Assembly (NCBI GenBank): GCA_958421325.1
Contig: CATZLO010000003.1
Span: 1 to 50,303 of the forward strand
Source of the DNA: an uncultured Bacilli bacterium
Lineage (GTDB): Bacteria > Bacillota_I > Bacilli_A > RF39 > UBA660
Direction of reading: 5' to 3'
DNA length: 50,303 bases
Shown: in pieces, positions 18,740 through 31,313 of the stretch
Numbering within the stretch: position 1 is the stretch's first letter
How the letters are laid out: each line of letters begins with the position of its first letter
Translations under genes and position numbers: made by a program
The notes under the pieces: model-generated
Told to the model about the DNA's origin: nothing
The model's database searches: none
Seen by the model: the letters and a program-made list of their open reading frames with translations, nothing else

Positions 18740-19735
18740 ATGCTTAGTGATAGACAAAATAAAATATTAAAATTAATTGTTGAGTCTTATATTAGACAAG
18801 CTAAACCTGTTAGTAGTAATCAGCTCTGTAAAAGGTTAAAATGTTCCAGTGCTACTGTTAGAAGTGAAATGGCAAGTCTTGAAGATTTAGGATTTCTAGA
18901 GAAAACACATACTTCTAGTGGAAGAGTTCCAAGTGAAGAAGGCTATCGTTATTATGTAGATAACTTAATGGAAGCTAGAAAGATGAATGGAGAAGACATG
19001 TTGAAATTACAGATAATTTTCCATAATCAATCATTAGAACTGAGTGATTGTATTAATAAAAGCTTACAAGTTGTCTCTGATATGACTTCTTATACAGCAA
19101 TTGTTTTAGGTAAGACGAGTCATGAGAACTTGCTTAAGGAAGTTAGAGTTGTTCCACTTGATACTAATCATTTAATAGTTATAGTTGTAACTGATAAAGG
19201 TAAAGTAGAGCATAAAAATATTACTTTAAATAATGTTAGTATCGAAGACATTAGGAAGACTGTAGAGTTAATTAATAACTTAATAGTGGGTACACCAATT
19301 GATGAAGTAAGTGCTAAACTAGAGTTTGAAATTAAGCCTATTATCTCTAAATATGTAGAAGGACATCAACAACTATATAATGCCATTTATAATGTCTTTA
19401 ATGATATTACCAATACTGATATTAATGTTGTGGGTAGAACTAAGTTCTTAGAACAGCCTGAGTTTGATAATGTTGATAAAATTAAAGATTTATTCAAGAA
19501 ACTTGATGATGAAGAGATTCTTCAAGGGATAAAAAAAGATGACTCTAATAATATAGAAGTATATATTGGTAGTGAGAACAAATTAGATGATGATGTTACT
19601 ATTATTAAGACTAACTTTAAGACTGATAGTGAAGATGGAACGCTTGCTATCATTGGCCCTAAAAGAATGGAATATGATAGAGTTGTTAGTATTTTGGAGT
19701 ATTTAAAAGAAAATATAGAGAAAGGTAGTGACTAA
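18740..19735 (+). CDS. hrcA: Heat-inducible transcription repressor HrcA
   Basis: MLSDRQNKILKLIVESYI...PVSS N-terminal winged helix, followed by grpE-dnaK. The true start is ATG 18740 (SD GGAGG); the track's 5' extension runs over the promoter. Confidence 0.9.
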   Translation: MLSDRQNKILKLIVESYIRQAKPVSSNQLCKRLKCSSATVRSEMASLEDLGFLEKTHTSSGRVPSEEGYRYYVDNLMEARKMNGEDMLKLQIIFHNQSLELSDCINKSLQVVSDMTSYTAIVLGKTSHENLLKEVRVVPLDTNHLIVIVVTDKGKVEHKNITLNNVSIEDIRKTVELINNLIVGTPIDEVSAKLEFEIKPIISKYVEGHQQLYNAIYNVFNDITNTDINVVGRTKFLEQPEFDNVDKIKDLFKKLDDEEILQGIKKDDSNNIEVYIGSENKLDDDVTIIKTNFKTDSEDGTLAIIGPKRMEYDRVVSILEYLKENIEKGSD

Positions 19736-22190
<2,455 letters not shown>

Positions 22191-22208
22191 TAGAAAGGAT
22201 AAAAAAAG

Positions 22209-22240
22209 GAAGTAGTGCTATATTTAGGACTACTTCTTGT
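22209..22240 (+). terminator. Putative terminator/attenuator after dnaK
   Basis: Hairpin gaagtagt-(12 nt)-actacttc followed by a weak T-rich tail. Confidence 0.4.
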
Positions 22241-22251
22241 TAATAATAATT

Positions 22252-24048
22252 ATGGATAATCTATTAAAAAGAGAAGATGTAAAATCAAACGATAAATGGG
22301 ATATAGAAAGTGTTTATGGAAGTTTAGATGAATATAATAAAGACTATAATATTGTAAAAGATAATATAGATAAATTAAGAGATATGCAGGATACATTTTT
22401 AAATAATAGTACATCTTTTAAAGAATTATTACTAATAGACAGTAAGACATCTAGATTAATAGCAAAGTTATACACTTATGCAACTCGTAAATATGATGAA
22501 GATACAGGTAATGGTACTTATCAAGAACTTTATGGCAAGATTAATAACTTATATCAAGCATATAATGAAGCAACATCTTTTGTAGTTCCTATGATTTTAG
22601 AGCAAGATAAAGATACTATTATAAGATATTTAGATAAAGAAAAAGAACTTTTTGATTTTAGACATCAAATATTGGATATTTTAAGATATAAAGAACATAC
22701 TTTATCTAAAGAAGAAGAACATGTTATAACAGCTTTTTCCAAAGTATTAGATAGTAGTAGTGATACGGCAGATTTTCTAATGGATACAGATATGAAATTT
22801 GGTACTATTAAAGATGAAGAAGGTAAGAGGGTAGAACTTACTTCTAGTAATTATAGTACTTATTTGAGTTCTAAAAATAGAGAGATAAGGAAAAATGTTT
22901 TTATTAATTATCATAAAATATATGGTAACTTTAAAAATACTTTAACATCAACATTAGCATCTACTTGTGAGGCTTTATCAGTATCTAGTAAATTAAAAAA
23001 ATATAATTCAAGTATGGAAGCAAGTCTTTTTCATGATTTTATTCCTACTAAGCTTTATGATAACTTAATTAAAGTAGTACATGATAATTTGCCTAGTCTT
23101 TATAAATATTTTGATGTGAAGAAAAAAATACTTGGTTTAGATGAATTTCATTTATATGATAGTTATGTTAGTACAGTTAAAAATATTGATAAAAAATATA
23201 GTTTTGAAGAGGGAGAACGATTAGTAAAAGAGGCATTAAGTGTTTTAGGGGATGAATATAGGAGAGAACTTGATAAAGCATTTAGAGAAGGTTATATTGA
23301 TAAATATCCTAATCTTAATAAAAGAAGTGGAGCATATTCATCAGGAAGTTATGATACAAAACCATTTGTCTTACTTAATTATGTAGGTGAATATAATGAT
23401 GTATCTACTCTTGCTCATGAGTTAGGTCATTCTATGCATACATATTTTTCTAATCATTATAACTCTTATGAGAAATCAGATTATCCAATATTTTTAGCAG
23501 AAATTGCATCAACTGTAAATGAATTGTTACTTTCATACTATATGGAAGATAATGCTAAGACTAAAGATGAGAAATTATTTATATTGAATGAAAGACTTGA
23601 CTTATTTAAAGCGACGGTATTTAGACAAACTATGTTTGCAGAGTTTGAAAAATATATTCATGAGTTAACCGATAAGAATGAAGTATTAACTAGTGATGGC
23701 ATTTGTAACTATTATTATGAATTAAATAAATTATATTTTGGTTCTAATGTCGTAGTAGATGATGAAGTTAGATATGAAGCTTTAAGAATACCACATTTTT
23801 ATACACCATTTTATGTTTATAAGTATGCAACTGGTTTATCTATAGCAAGTTATATTGTAAAAAATATTTTAAATAATACGCCTAACTTTAAAGACAAATA
23901 TTTAGAGTTTTTAAAGAGTGGCGGAAGAGATTATCCTTTAGAAGTGTTAAAAATTATTGAAATAGATTTAACCGATACTAAAGTATTTGATGAAGCGTTG
24001 GAAATGTTTAAAGAGACGTTAGACAAATTTATATCTTTAAATAATTAA
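22252..24048 (+). CDS. pepF: Oligoendopeptidase F (M3B metallopeptidase)
   Basis: HELGHSMH zinc motif and typical length (~600 aa). Start placed at ATG 22252; the track start at 22237 lies inside the terminator hairpin. Confidence 0.85.
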   Translation: MDNLLKREDVKSNDKWDIESVYGSLDEYNKDYNIVKDNIDKLRDMQDTFLNNSTSFKELLLIDSKTSRLIAKLYTYATRKYDEDTGNGTYQELYGKINNLYQAYNEATSFVVPMILEQDKDTIIRYLDKEKELFDFRHQILDILRYKEHTLSKEEEHVITAFSKVLDSSSDTADFLMDTDMKFGTIKDEEGKRVELTSSNYSTYLSSKNREIRKNVFINYHKIYGNFKNTLTSTLASTCEALSVSSKLKKYNSSMEASLFHDFIPTKLYDNLIKVVHDNLPSLYKYFDVKKKILGLDEFHLYDSYVSTVKNIDKKYSFEEGERLVKEALSVLGDEYRRELDKAFREGYIDKYPNLNKRSGAYSSGSYDTKPFVLLNYVGEYNDVSTLAHELGHSMHTYFSNHYNSYEKSDYPIFLAEIASTVNELLLSYYMEDNAKTKDEKLFILNERLDLFKATVFRQTMFAEFEKYIHELTDKNEVLTSDGICNYYYELNKLYFGSNVVVDDEVRYEALRIPHFYTPFYVYKYATGLSIASYIVKNILNNTPNFKDKYLEFLKSGGRDYPLEVLKIIEIDLTDTKVFDEALEMFKETLDKFISLNN

Positions 24049-24078
24049 TAAGTCTATATTAGAAGGAAGGTGTAGTAT

Positions 24079-25212
24079 ATGGCAACTAAAAGAGACTATT
24101 ATGAAGTGTTAGGTGTTTCTAAAACTGCTAGTAAAGATGAGATTAAAAGTGCTTTTAGAAAGCTTGCTAAAAAATATCATCCTGATATAAGTAAAGAAGA
24201 AAATGCTGAAGAGAAGTTCAAAGAAGTTCAAGAAGCATATTCGGTTTTATCTGATGATAATAAACGCCGTCAATATGATCAGTTTGGTCATGCTGGCGTA
24301 GGAGGGGCTGGTTCTGGCTTTGGAGGTTTTAATGGTGCAGGCTTTGGTTTTGATGCTAGCGATTTAGGTGATATTTTTGATGATTTATTTGGTGGTGGTT
24401 TTGGTTTTGGAGGTTCTAGTAGAAGCCGTGGTAGTAGCAGAGCAAGACGTGGTAGTGACGTGTTAATGCAAGTAGAACTTTCTTTTGCAGAAGCTATCTA
24501 TGGTTGTGAAAAAGACTTTGATTTAGATGTTGTAACAGAATGTGATAAATGTAGTGGTAAAGGAGGTTCTGGTGAAGAGACTTGTTCTAGATGTCATGGT
24601 AGTGGTACTATTACTAGCGAACAAAGAACAATACTTGGTTCATTTATGACTAAAACAACATGTCCAGAGTGTAATGGTAAAGGCAAGACTTATAAAGAGG
24701 TTTGTAGCAAATGTCATGGTAAAGGACAGGTTAAATCTCACAAAACTATTACTGTAAATGTTCCAAGTGGTATTGATAATGGAGAAAGATTAAGAGTTCC
24801 AGGTAGAGGACATGCTGGAGAAAATGGTGGTGCGACTGGAGATTTATATCTAGAATTCCATATTAAAGAACATAAATACTATGAAAGAGATGGACTTGAT
24901 ATTTATTTAGAAGTACCTATTAATATGGCTGAAGCAGTACTTGGTTGTAAAAAAGAAATACCTACAATCTATGGTAATGTTAAATTAACTATACCAGCTG
25001 GTACTGATAGTGGTGATAAACAAAGACTTAAAGGTAAAGGTATTAAAGACTCTACTAGTAGAAGAGTTGGAGATATGTATGTTATCTTTAAAGTGGTTAC
25101 TCCTAAAAAATTAGCTCGTGATCAAAAGAAATTATTTGAATCTCTTGCTAAAACAGATTTAGATGATAGTGAAATAGATAGATTTAATAAATTTACTAAA
25201 AGTAACGATTAA
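24079..25212 (+). CDS. dnaJ: Co-chaperone DnaJ
   Basis: J domain with KKYHPD, a G/F-rich linker, four CxxCxGxG zinc-finger repeats. Confidence 0.95.
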   Translation: MATKRDYYEVLGVSKTASKDEIKSAFRKLAKKYHPDISKEENAEEKFKEVQEAYSVLSDDNKRRQYDQFGHAGVGGAGSGFGGFNGAGFGFDASDLGDIFDDLFGGGFGFGGSSRSRGSSRARRGSDVLMQVELSFAEAIYGCEKDFDLDVVTECDKCSGKGGSGEETCSRCHGSGTITSEQRTILGSFMTKTTCPECNGKGKTYKEVCSKCHGKGQVKSHKTITVNVPSGIDNGERLRVPGRGHAGENGGATGDLYLEFHIKEHKYYERDGLDIYLEVPINMAEAVLGCKKEIPTIYGNVKLTIPAGTDSGDKQRLKGKGIKDSTSRRVGDMYVIFKVVTPKKLARDQKKLFESLAKTDLDDSEIDRFNKFTKSND

Positions 25213-25254
25213 TCATTTATACATATAAAGAAAAAGTTACGAGATAAAATATAC

Positions 25255-25302
25255 CCTATAAAGTGGATCTAAAAAAAGAAAGACATACTTTATAGGTTTT
25301 TA
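25255..25302 (+). terminator. Intrinsic terminator after dnaJ
   Basis: cctataaagt ... actttatagg stem (large loop) followed by tttttatt. Confidence 0.55.
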
Positions 25303-25497
25303 TTATGCCTTATTGTATAATAGAAGAAAGTTGATGATAATGATGCTTAAGTAAAAATAAATAGATTAAAAATATTAATTATCTATTTGAAACTATTTCC
25401 TAAACTCTCTTATGTGAGTATCAAAAAAAGTAATTGTTCCTATTCCTTTACCATTAGTTAAAGTTGTGATAAAATAAACGTACTTGAGGGGGACTTT

Positions 25498-26796
25498 ATG
25501 AATATTTGGAAAGAAGAAAGCTTTGAAGATAAAATATATGATGAAGTAGAGAAGTTCTTTAACATCCATGATTATAGTGAAGGAGATGAGACTCTTGCTT
25601 TAGATATCATAGATAGTCTAAAAGAAAAAAATATTTTAGTAGTGGAAAAAGATGATGACAACTATGGTTATTTAATGCCACTATTATATGCGAGTAAAGA
25701 CAAAACTAATTTTAAGGGCTTTATTATATCAACTGCTACTATTTCATTACAGAGTAAATTAAAGAAAGAAATAGATAAATTATCAAAATTAATAGATGTA
25801 GATATTCCTGTTATTATTGCAAAAGGACATGTTAATTACGTTTGTATGAAAAGATTGGATAAATATTTTAGAATTCATCAAGAAAATAAGATATTAAATG
25901 AGATGAGTAAAAAAATAGAAAAGGAAATGATTGATAAAAAAGATTATCCTGGTATTTCTAATGAGATTTGGACTAATATTAATATAAATGGAGAAAGTTG
26001 TAAGAAGTGTCTATATAAAGGTGAATGTAAATACTATTTAAATAGAAAAAGTTGGCCTAATGCTAGTTATGTAATATGTACTCATGAATTACTAGTAGCA
26101 TCTTTAAAAAGAAAAGATAAGAGAATGTTTAAAGATCCATCTCTTTTAATAGTAGATGAATCATCTATTTTAGAAGAGAAAGTTAGTAGTTCATATGAAG
26201 GTTATATAACTAAAAATATGTTAAAATCTATAATAAGTGAGATATGTTATATTATTGGAAATAAAGAGTTGGGAGAAGAAATTGTTAATATAATTGAAAT
26301 GTTTTATGATAGGCTTGGTAATCTTATTAAAAGTAAATATATAAAAGATAATGATAATTATAAAATATATAGTAAAGAAGTTATAAACTCTTTAAAAGAC
26401 AATATTTTATTATTATTTAATAACTTAAGTGATTTTAGAAAAAAGTTAGGGTTTTATCAAAATAATAAAGAATTAATATATTTAAAGGCGGTATTAAAAA
26501 AATATACTAATATATTATACGATATGATTTGTAAAGAAAGTAGGCATAGATATTATTTTCATTTTCAACCTAATAGTAAAAATTCTATATCTATAAAGTA
26601 TGGTAGGAAAGATTTATTAGAGTTATCGTCATCTTTATTTAATAACAAAGATTATGGTAAAGTATTTACAGATTCTAATATGATAGTTAATAATGATGAT
26701 TATAAAAGCTTTATAGAAAAGTTAGGATTAGATAAAATAGATGATATAGAAATAACAAAAGAATATTCTTTAAGAACTGTTAAAGTAAAAAAGTAG
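25498..26796 (+). CDS. DinG/Rad3-like protein: helicase domain 1 with Fe-S cysteines only, ATPase motifs degenerate
   Basis: ISTATISLQSKL, KGHVNYVCMKRL, CKKCLYKGECKYY, VICTHELLV and LLIVDESS align to DinG motifs. The Walker A position reads VEKDDDNYGYLMP instead of EAGTGTGKT. There is no helicase C-terminal domain (432 aa). Confidence 0.6.
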   Translation: MNIWKEESFEDKIYDEVEKFFNIHDYSEGDETLALDIIDSLKEKNILVVEKDDDNYGYLMPLLYASKDKTNFKGFIISTATISLQSKLKKEIDKLSKLIDVDIPVIIAKGHVNYVCMKRLDKYFRIHQENKILNEMSKKIEKEMIDKKDYPGISNEIWTNININGESCKKCLYKGECKYYLNRKSWPNASYVICTHELLVASLKRKDKRMFKDPSLLIVDESSILEEKVSSSYEGYITKNMLKSIISEICYIIGNKELGEEIVNIIEMFYDRLGNLIKSKYIKDNDNYKIYSKEVINSLKDNILLLFNNLSDFRKKLGFYQNNKELIYLKAVLKKYTNILYDMICKESRHRYYFHFQPNSKNSISIKYGRKDLLELSSSLFNNKDYGKVFTDSNMIVNNDDYKSFIEKLGLDKIDDIEITKEYSLRTVKVKK

Positions 26797-26806
26797 GATA
26801 AAACAT

Positions 26807-26835
26807 TTGACAAGTGTGTAATATAATAGTATATT
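26807..26835 (+). promoter_or_regulatory. Sigma-A promoter of the asnS T-box leader
   Basis: TTGACA (26807-26812), 17-nt spacer, TATATT (26830-26835). Confidence 0.55.
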
Positions 26836-26842
26836 AAACATA

Positions 26843-27118
26843 TCAAATCATTGATGAAAAGAAGTAACTATTTATAATCTTTTATAGAGAACTTGTGGTT
26901 GGTGAAAACAAGTAAAGTGTGAATAGTGAATAACATTTCGGAGTGCTTAAAGAAATTAAGTAGACTAAGCCGGGTGCAAACCGTTACATTTGCTAGAATC
27001 TAAAAGTGATTATAAAGGTTATAACTACATTCTTTATAATAAATTGGGTGGCACCGCGGAAGACTAGTTTCGTCCCATAGTACTATAAGTATTATGGAAC
27101 GAGACTAGTCTTTTATTA
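26843..27118 (+). promoter_or_regulatory. T-box riboswitch leader, probable Asn (AAC) specifier
   Basis: Stem I elements (ttgatgaaaagaagta, AGAGA, ggttggtgaaa). Candidate specifier AAC at 26932-26934. T-box sequence aaattgggtggcaccgcgg at 27041-27059. Terminator agactagtttcgtcccat...atggaacgagactagtc plus ttttatt. Confidence 0.88.
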
Positions 27119-27145
27119 TGATTTATATTTAAAGGAGGAATAATT

Positions 27146-28528
27146 ATGGTAATTGATGCAAAAGAATTGTATGAAAAAATTGATGATGATATGGATAAAG
27201 AAGTTATACTAGAAGGTTGGATTAGAAATCATCGCAAACAAAAAGAGTTTGGTTTTATAGATTTTTCTGATGGTACTTGTTTTAAACATATACAAGTTGT
27301 TTATGATAATGAGTTGAGTGACTTTGAAGTAATTCAAAAATATCATGTGGGTAGTGCAATTAAAGTAGTAGGAACAGTAGTTAAATCACCTAAAGAAGGA
27401 CAACCTTTTGAAATACAAGCAAGTGAAGTTATATTACTAGGAGAGTGCCCTGAAGATTATCCAATTCAACCTAAGAAACATTCTCGCGAGTTTTTAAGAG
27501 AACAGTCTTATTTAAGGCCTAGAACTAATTTGTTTCAGGCAGTATTTAGAATTAGAAGTATAGCAGCTTATGCTATTCATAAATATTTTCAAGATAGAGG
27601 CTATGTTTATTTCCATGCTCCATTAATAACTGCAAGTGACTGTGAAGGAGCAGGAGAGATGTTTCATGTTACTTGTTTTGATTTAGAGAATGTTCCTAAA
27701 GAGGATGGTAAAGTAGACTATAATAAAGATATGTTTTCTAAACATGCGTCTTTAACAGTATCTGGGCAGTTAGAAGCAGAGACATTCGCTCTAGCTTACA
27801 AGAAAACATATACTTTTGGTCCAACTTTTAGAGCAGAGAATTCTAATACTAAAGTGCATGCTAATGAGTTTTGGATGATTGAACCTGAAATTGCTTTTTG
27901 TGATCTAAATAGTGATATGGAAATAATGGAAGAGATGTTAAAATATGTAGTTAGTTATGTATTAGAACATTGTAAGGATGAAATGGAATTTTTAGATAAA
28001 TTTGTAGAGAAAGGATTACTTGATAAACTAAATAAGCTAGTTAAATCAAAATTTACTAGAATTACTCATAAAGAAGTTATAGACATATTACAAAAAGCTG
28101 GTGTAAAATGGGAGTTTGATCCTAAACAAGGTGAGGATATTGCTAAAGAACATGAAAAATATATTACAGAATATTTTGATGGACCTGTATTTATTACCGA
28201 TTGGCCTAAAGATATTAAAGCATTCTATATGAAACAAAATCCTGATGGTGAGACAGTTGCAGCAGTTGATCTCGAAGTACCTGGTGCAGGTGAGATAATG
28301 GGTGGATCTCAAAGAGAAGAAAACTACGATAAATTGGTCGCTCGTATGGATGAGTTAGGAATGGATAAAGAAGAACTTGACTGGTATATTAACCTTCGTA
28401 AATACGGTGGCTGTGTTCATTCAGGATTTGGTATGGGATTTGAGAGACTTTTAATTTATTTAACAGGTGTTGAAAATATAAGAGATGTTATACCTTATCC
28501 AAGAACACCTGGTAACTGTGAATTTTAA
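27146..28528 (+). CDS. asnS: Asparagine--tRNA ligase
   Basis: Class IIb aaRS: OB-fold N-terminus, FRAENSNT, GGSQREE, GFGMGFERL. Lies downstream of an AAC-specifier T-box. Confidence 0.93.
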   Translation: MVIDAKELYEKIDDDMDKEVILEGWIRNHRKQKEFGFIDFSDGTCFKHIQVVYDNELSDFEVIQKYHVGSAIKVVGTVVKSPKEGQPFEIQASEVILLGECPEDYPIQPKKHSREFLREQSYLRPRTNLFQAVFRIRSIAAYAIHKYFQDRGYVYFHAPLITASDCEGAGEMFHVTCFDLENVPKEDGKVDYNKDMFSKHASLTVSGQLEAETFALAYKKTYTFGPTFRAENSNTKVHANEFWMIEPEIAFCDLNSDMEIMEEMLKYVVSYVLEHCKDEMEFLDKFVEKGLLDKLNKLVKSKFTRITHKEVIDILQKAGVKWEFDPKQGEDIAKEHEKYITEYFDGPVFITDWPKDIKAFYMKQNPDGETVAAVDLEVPGAGEIMGGSQREENYDKLVARMDELGMDKEELDWYINLRKYGGCVHSGFGMGFERLLIYLTGVENIRDVIPYPRTPGNCEF

Positions 28529-28533
28529 TTAAG

Positions 28534-28560
28534 GAAGACATCATTTGATGTTTTTCTTTG
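28534..28560 (+). terminator. Intrinsic terminator after asnS
   Basis: gaagacatca-tt-tgatgttttt hairpin running into a T-run. Confidence 0.55.
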
Positions 28561-28586
28561 CCTTTTAATATAATAGGAAAGCCGAA

Positions 28587-29037
28587 TGAATAAAACCTTT
28601 GGATGTTTGTTTATAAATATTATATAAATTATCAAAATTTATGTAAAGATTTAAAAGAATTAGAAAATTAATATGAATAGCTTAAAGAAGTAGTTATAAA
28701 AGATAGGATAGATGGTAAGATAGTTAATGCTATTATTTTAAGAGAAATAATAGATAAGTATTATGTAAGTGTATTAGTAGAGGAAGATATTTTAATAGAT
28801 AAAGTAACAACTACAACTATAGTAGTAATAGATTTAGTTATAACAAGTGAAGGTATTATAGTAACAGAGAGTCTATAAGAAAAAAGCATTTAATAAAAGT
28901 CTATCAGATGAAGGTGTTAGTACATTATGTTCTTTAATAGAGTGGAAATGCAAAGAAAATTTACATATAAGAGAAATACCTACTTTTGTGCGATGTAATA
29001 TAATAGGGTGTTTTGGTGTCTATAAATAATTAAATAA
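28587..29037 (+). pseudogene. Remnant of an IS200/IS605-family tnpB (OrfB)
   Basis: Disrupted frames encode NKTFGCLFINII (compare TnpB N-terminal ktFGc.RfvyN), KDRIDGKIVNAIILREIIDKYYVSVLVEEDILIDKVTTTTIVVIDLVITSEGIIV (compare ...YYvSi.ve......iGiDlGi....tsdG), and SLSDEGVSTLCSLIEWKCKENLHIREIPTFVRCNIIGC. About 450 nt survive of an expected ~1.2 kb, with multiple stops. Confidence 0.6.
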
Positions 29038-29150
29038 AACCTATATAATAAATTAATTAAACAAGATTTATTTTTAATAGAACAAATATTTTATAATGTT
29101 TGCTCTTTTCATATGTGTTTTTTTTTGATAAAATAAATTAAGAAAGAGAA

Positions 29151-29567
29151 GTGATACTTTTGAAAACAAGAAATGAAGTAAGAGAAATTGCTCTTAGAAT
29201 AATTTACAAAATAAACATATTTGATGATGCTCATGTTTATTATGATGTAAATGACTTAATTAAAGAAGAATATGAAGTAGAAAATGATTTTGTTAATTCT
29301 CTAGTTAATGGAGTTATAGAAAAAAAGCCTGAGTTAATTAGTTTAGTTAATAAATATATGTCTGATTGGACTCTTGATAGACTTAATAAAGTAGACGAAG
29401 CTTTATTCCTTTTATCTAGTTATGAGTTAAAATATCTTGATACACCTAGTATTGTTAGTATTAATGAATGGGTAGAAATATCTAAAAAATATAGTGATGA
29501 TAAAGTTACTAAGATGTTAAATGGGGTTTTAGATAACATTTATCATAGTGAGGATAATAATGAATAA
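29151..29567 (+). CDS. nusB: Transcription antitermination factor NusB
   Basis: RNEVREIALRIIYK..., DWTLDRLNKVDEALFLLSSYEL; followed by xseA-xseB as in many Firmicutes. Confidence 0.85.
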   Translation: MILLKTRNEVREIALRIIYKINIFDDAHVYYDVNDLIKEEYEVENDFVNSLVNGVIEKKPELISLVNKYMSDWTLDRLNKVDEALFLLSSYELKYLDTPSIVSINEWVEISKKYSDDKVTKMLNGVLDNIYHSEDNNE

Positions 29568-30813
29568 AGAATACTTAACAGTTAGTCAGTTAACTAAGTA
29601 TATTAAATATAAAATAGATAATGATGTTAATTTAAGAGAAGTTTATCTTAAAGGAGAAATATCTAACTTTAAAGCTCATACTAGAGGACATTTTTATTTT
29701 ACTATTAAGGATGAAGGTAGTAGAATTAATGCTGTTATGTTTGCAAGTAGTGCTAGTAAAGTTAAATTTATTCCCGAAGATGGAATGAAGATACTTGTAA
29801 CTGGAAGGATATCTGTTTATGAAGCGACTGGTGGTTATCAAATTTATGTTAATGAAATGATGGAAGATGGAGTAGGGAATCTTTATGTTGCTTTTGAACA
29901 ATTAAAGAAAAAATTAGCTTCAGAAGGCTTGTTTGATGATAGATACAAGAAAGTAATTCCTAAAATACCAGAACGTGTTGGAGTTATAACAGCACCTACA
30001 GGAGCGGCAATTCGTGATATAATATCTACTATTAATAGGAGATTTCCTTTAACAGAAGTAATACTTTTACCTAGTTTAGTACAAGGAGAAATAGCTAAAG
30101 AAGACATTGTAAGACAGATTAAGCGAGCAGAGAACTACAATTTAGATGTTTTAATAGTAGGTAGAGGTGGAGGCTCTATTGAAGATTTATGGGCTTTTAA
30201 TGAAGAGATAGTAGCTCGTGCTATTTTCGAATGCCCTATTCCAGTAATAAGTGCCGTGGGCCATGAGATTGACTTTACAATAGCAGACTTTGTAGCAGAC
30301 CTAAGAGCACCTACACCAACAGGAGCAGCAGAAGTTGCTGTTCCTAATAAAACTGATGTTATAAACTATATTAATCAGTTAAGTTTAAGAAGCAGAAAAG
30401 CTGTAGGTAATATTTTAGAATTAAAGAAAAAAAGACTTGATAATATTAGGGGTAACTACATCTTGAATAATCCTCTAGATTTATATTCTGCTAAAATTCA
30501 AAAACTTGATTATTTAACTGAAAGTTTAGTTAAGAACTATAAAAATATTATTGATAAAGAAAAGATTAAACTAAATAATATTAAGACAAGGCCACTGTTT
30601 AGTAATCCTTTAGTGATATTAGATAAGACTAAACAAAAATATGCTTTATTACTTGGTAAATTAGATGCCTTATCTCCTTTAAAAACATTAGAGAGAGGTT
30701 ATGGTATTATTAAACTTAATGAAAAGGCAGTTACTAGTATAAAAGACTTAAAGAAAGATGATTTAATAAATATAGAATTAAAAGATGGTAGTAGGGAAGC
30801 TATCATAAAGTAG
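29560..30813 (+). CDS. xseA: Exodeoxyribonuclease VII large subunit
   Basis: N-terminal OB fold (LTVSQLTKYIKYKID...GEISNFKAHTRGHFYFTIKD), RVGVITAPTGAAIRD, GRGGGSIEDLWAFNEE. Start placed at ATG 29560 (SD GAGGA). Confidence 0.92.
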   Translation: MNKEYLTVSQLTKYIKYKIDNDVNLREVYLKGEISNFKAHTRGHFYFTIKDEGSRINAVMFASSASKVKFIPEDGMKILVTGRISVYEATGGYQIYVNEMMEDGVGNLYVAFEQLKKKLASEGLFDDRYKKVIPKIPERVGVITAPTGAAIRDIISTINRRFPLTEVILLPSLVQGEIAKEDIVRQIKRAENYNLDVLIVGRGGGSIEDLWAFNEEIVARAIFECPIPVISAVGHEIDFTIADFVADLRAPTPTGAAEVAVPNKTDVINYINQLSLRSRKAVGNILELKKKRLDNIRGNYILNNPLDLYSAKIQKLDYLTESLVKNYKNIIDKEKIKLNNIKTRPLFSNPLVILDKTKQKYALLLGKLDALSPLKTLERGYGIIKLNEKAVTSIKDLKKDDLINIELKDGSREAIIK

Positions 30814-30825
30814 GAGGAATTGATT

Positions 30826-31056
30826 ATGGAAAAGAAAGAAATGAAATTTGAAGAGAAAATAACTGAATTAGAAACACTTGTTAAAGCCTTAGAAAATGGT
30901 GATGTAGAACTAGATAAAGCGATAGATTATTTTACAAAAGCTACTAAACTTGCTAGTGAGTGTGATAAAGATTTAAAAGAAGCAGAGAAAGCTTTAACTT
31001 CTATAGTTAATGAAGACGGAAGTTTATCAGAGTTTAAAGGCGAAGTAGAAGCATAA
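30826..31056 (+). CDS. xseB: Exodeoxyribonuclease VII small subunit
   Basis: FEEKITELETLVKALENGDVELDKAIDYFTKA is typical of XseB. SD AGGAGG lies 8 nt upstream of ATG 30826. Confidence 0.9.
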   Translation: MEKKEMKFEEKITELETLVKALENGDVELDKAIDYFTKATKLASECDKDLKEAEKALTSIVNEDGSLSEFKGEVEA

Positions 31057-31058
31057 TT

Positions 31059-31313
31059 ATGAGAGAGATTAAAATACATGGTATTTATAAACACTTTAAA
31101 GGAGACTTTTATTTAATTGAAGAAATTGCAAAAGACTGTGAGACATTAGAAGACTTAGTTATCTATAGAAAACTATATGAAGATGGTTCGTGTTGGATTA
31201 GACCTTTAAAAGATTTTATGGAAAAAGTTGATCATGATAAATATCCTAATGTAGAACAAGTTTATAAGTTTGAACTTATAGAACCATATAGTAAAAGAGA
31301 TAATTTTAAATAA
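31059..31313 (+). CDS. DUF1653-family protein
   Basis: IYKHFKGDFYLIEEIAKDCETLEDLVIYRKLYEDGSCWIRPLKDFMEKVDHDKYP matches the DUF1653 pattern (hYkG..Y......H.E..e..V.Y..Ly....W.RP...F). Confidence 0.7.
   Translation: MREIKIHGIYKHFKGDFYLIEEIAKDCETLEDLVIYRKLYEDGSCWIRPLKDFMEKVDHDKYPNVEQVYKFELIEPYSKRDNFK

Noticed and set aside
24290-24470. A G/T-rich patch in dnaJ as a second compositional anomaly
   Set aside because: It is explained by the Gly/Phe-rich linker (ggt/ggc/ttt codons). That is amino-acid composition, not a shift in synonymous codon choice.
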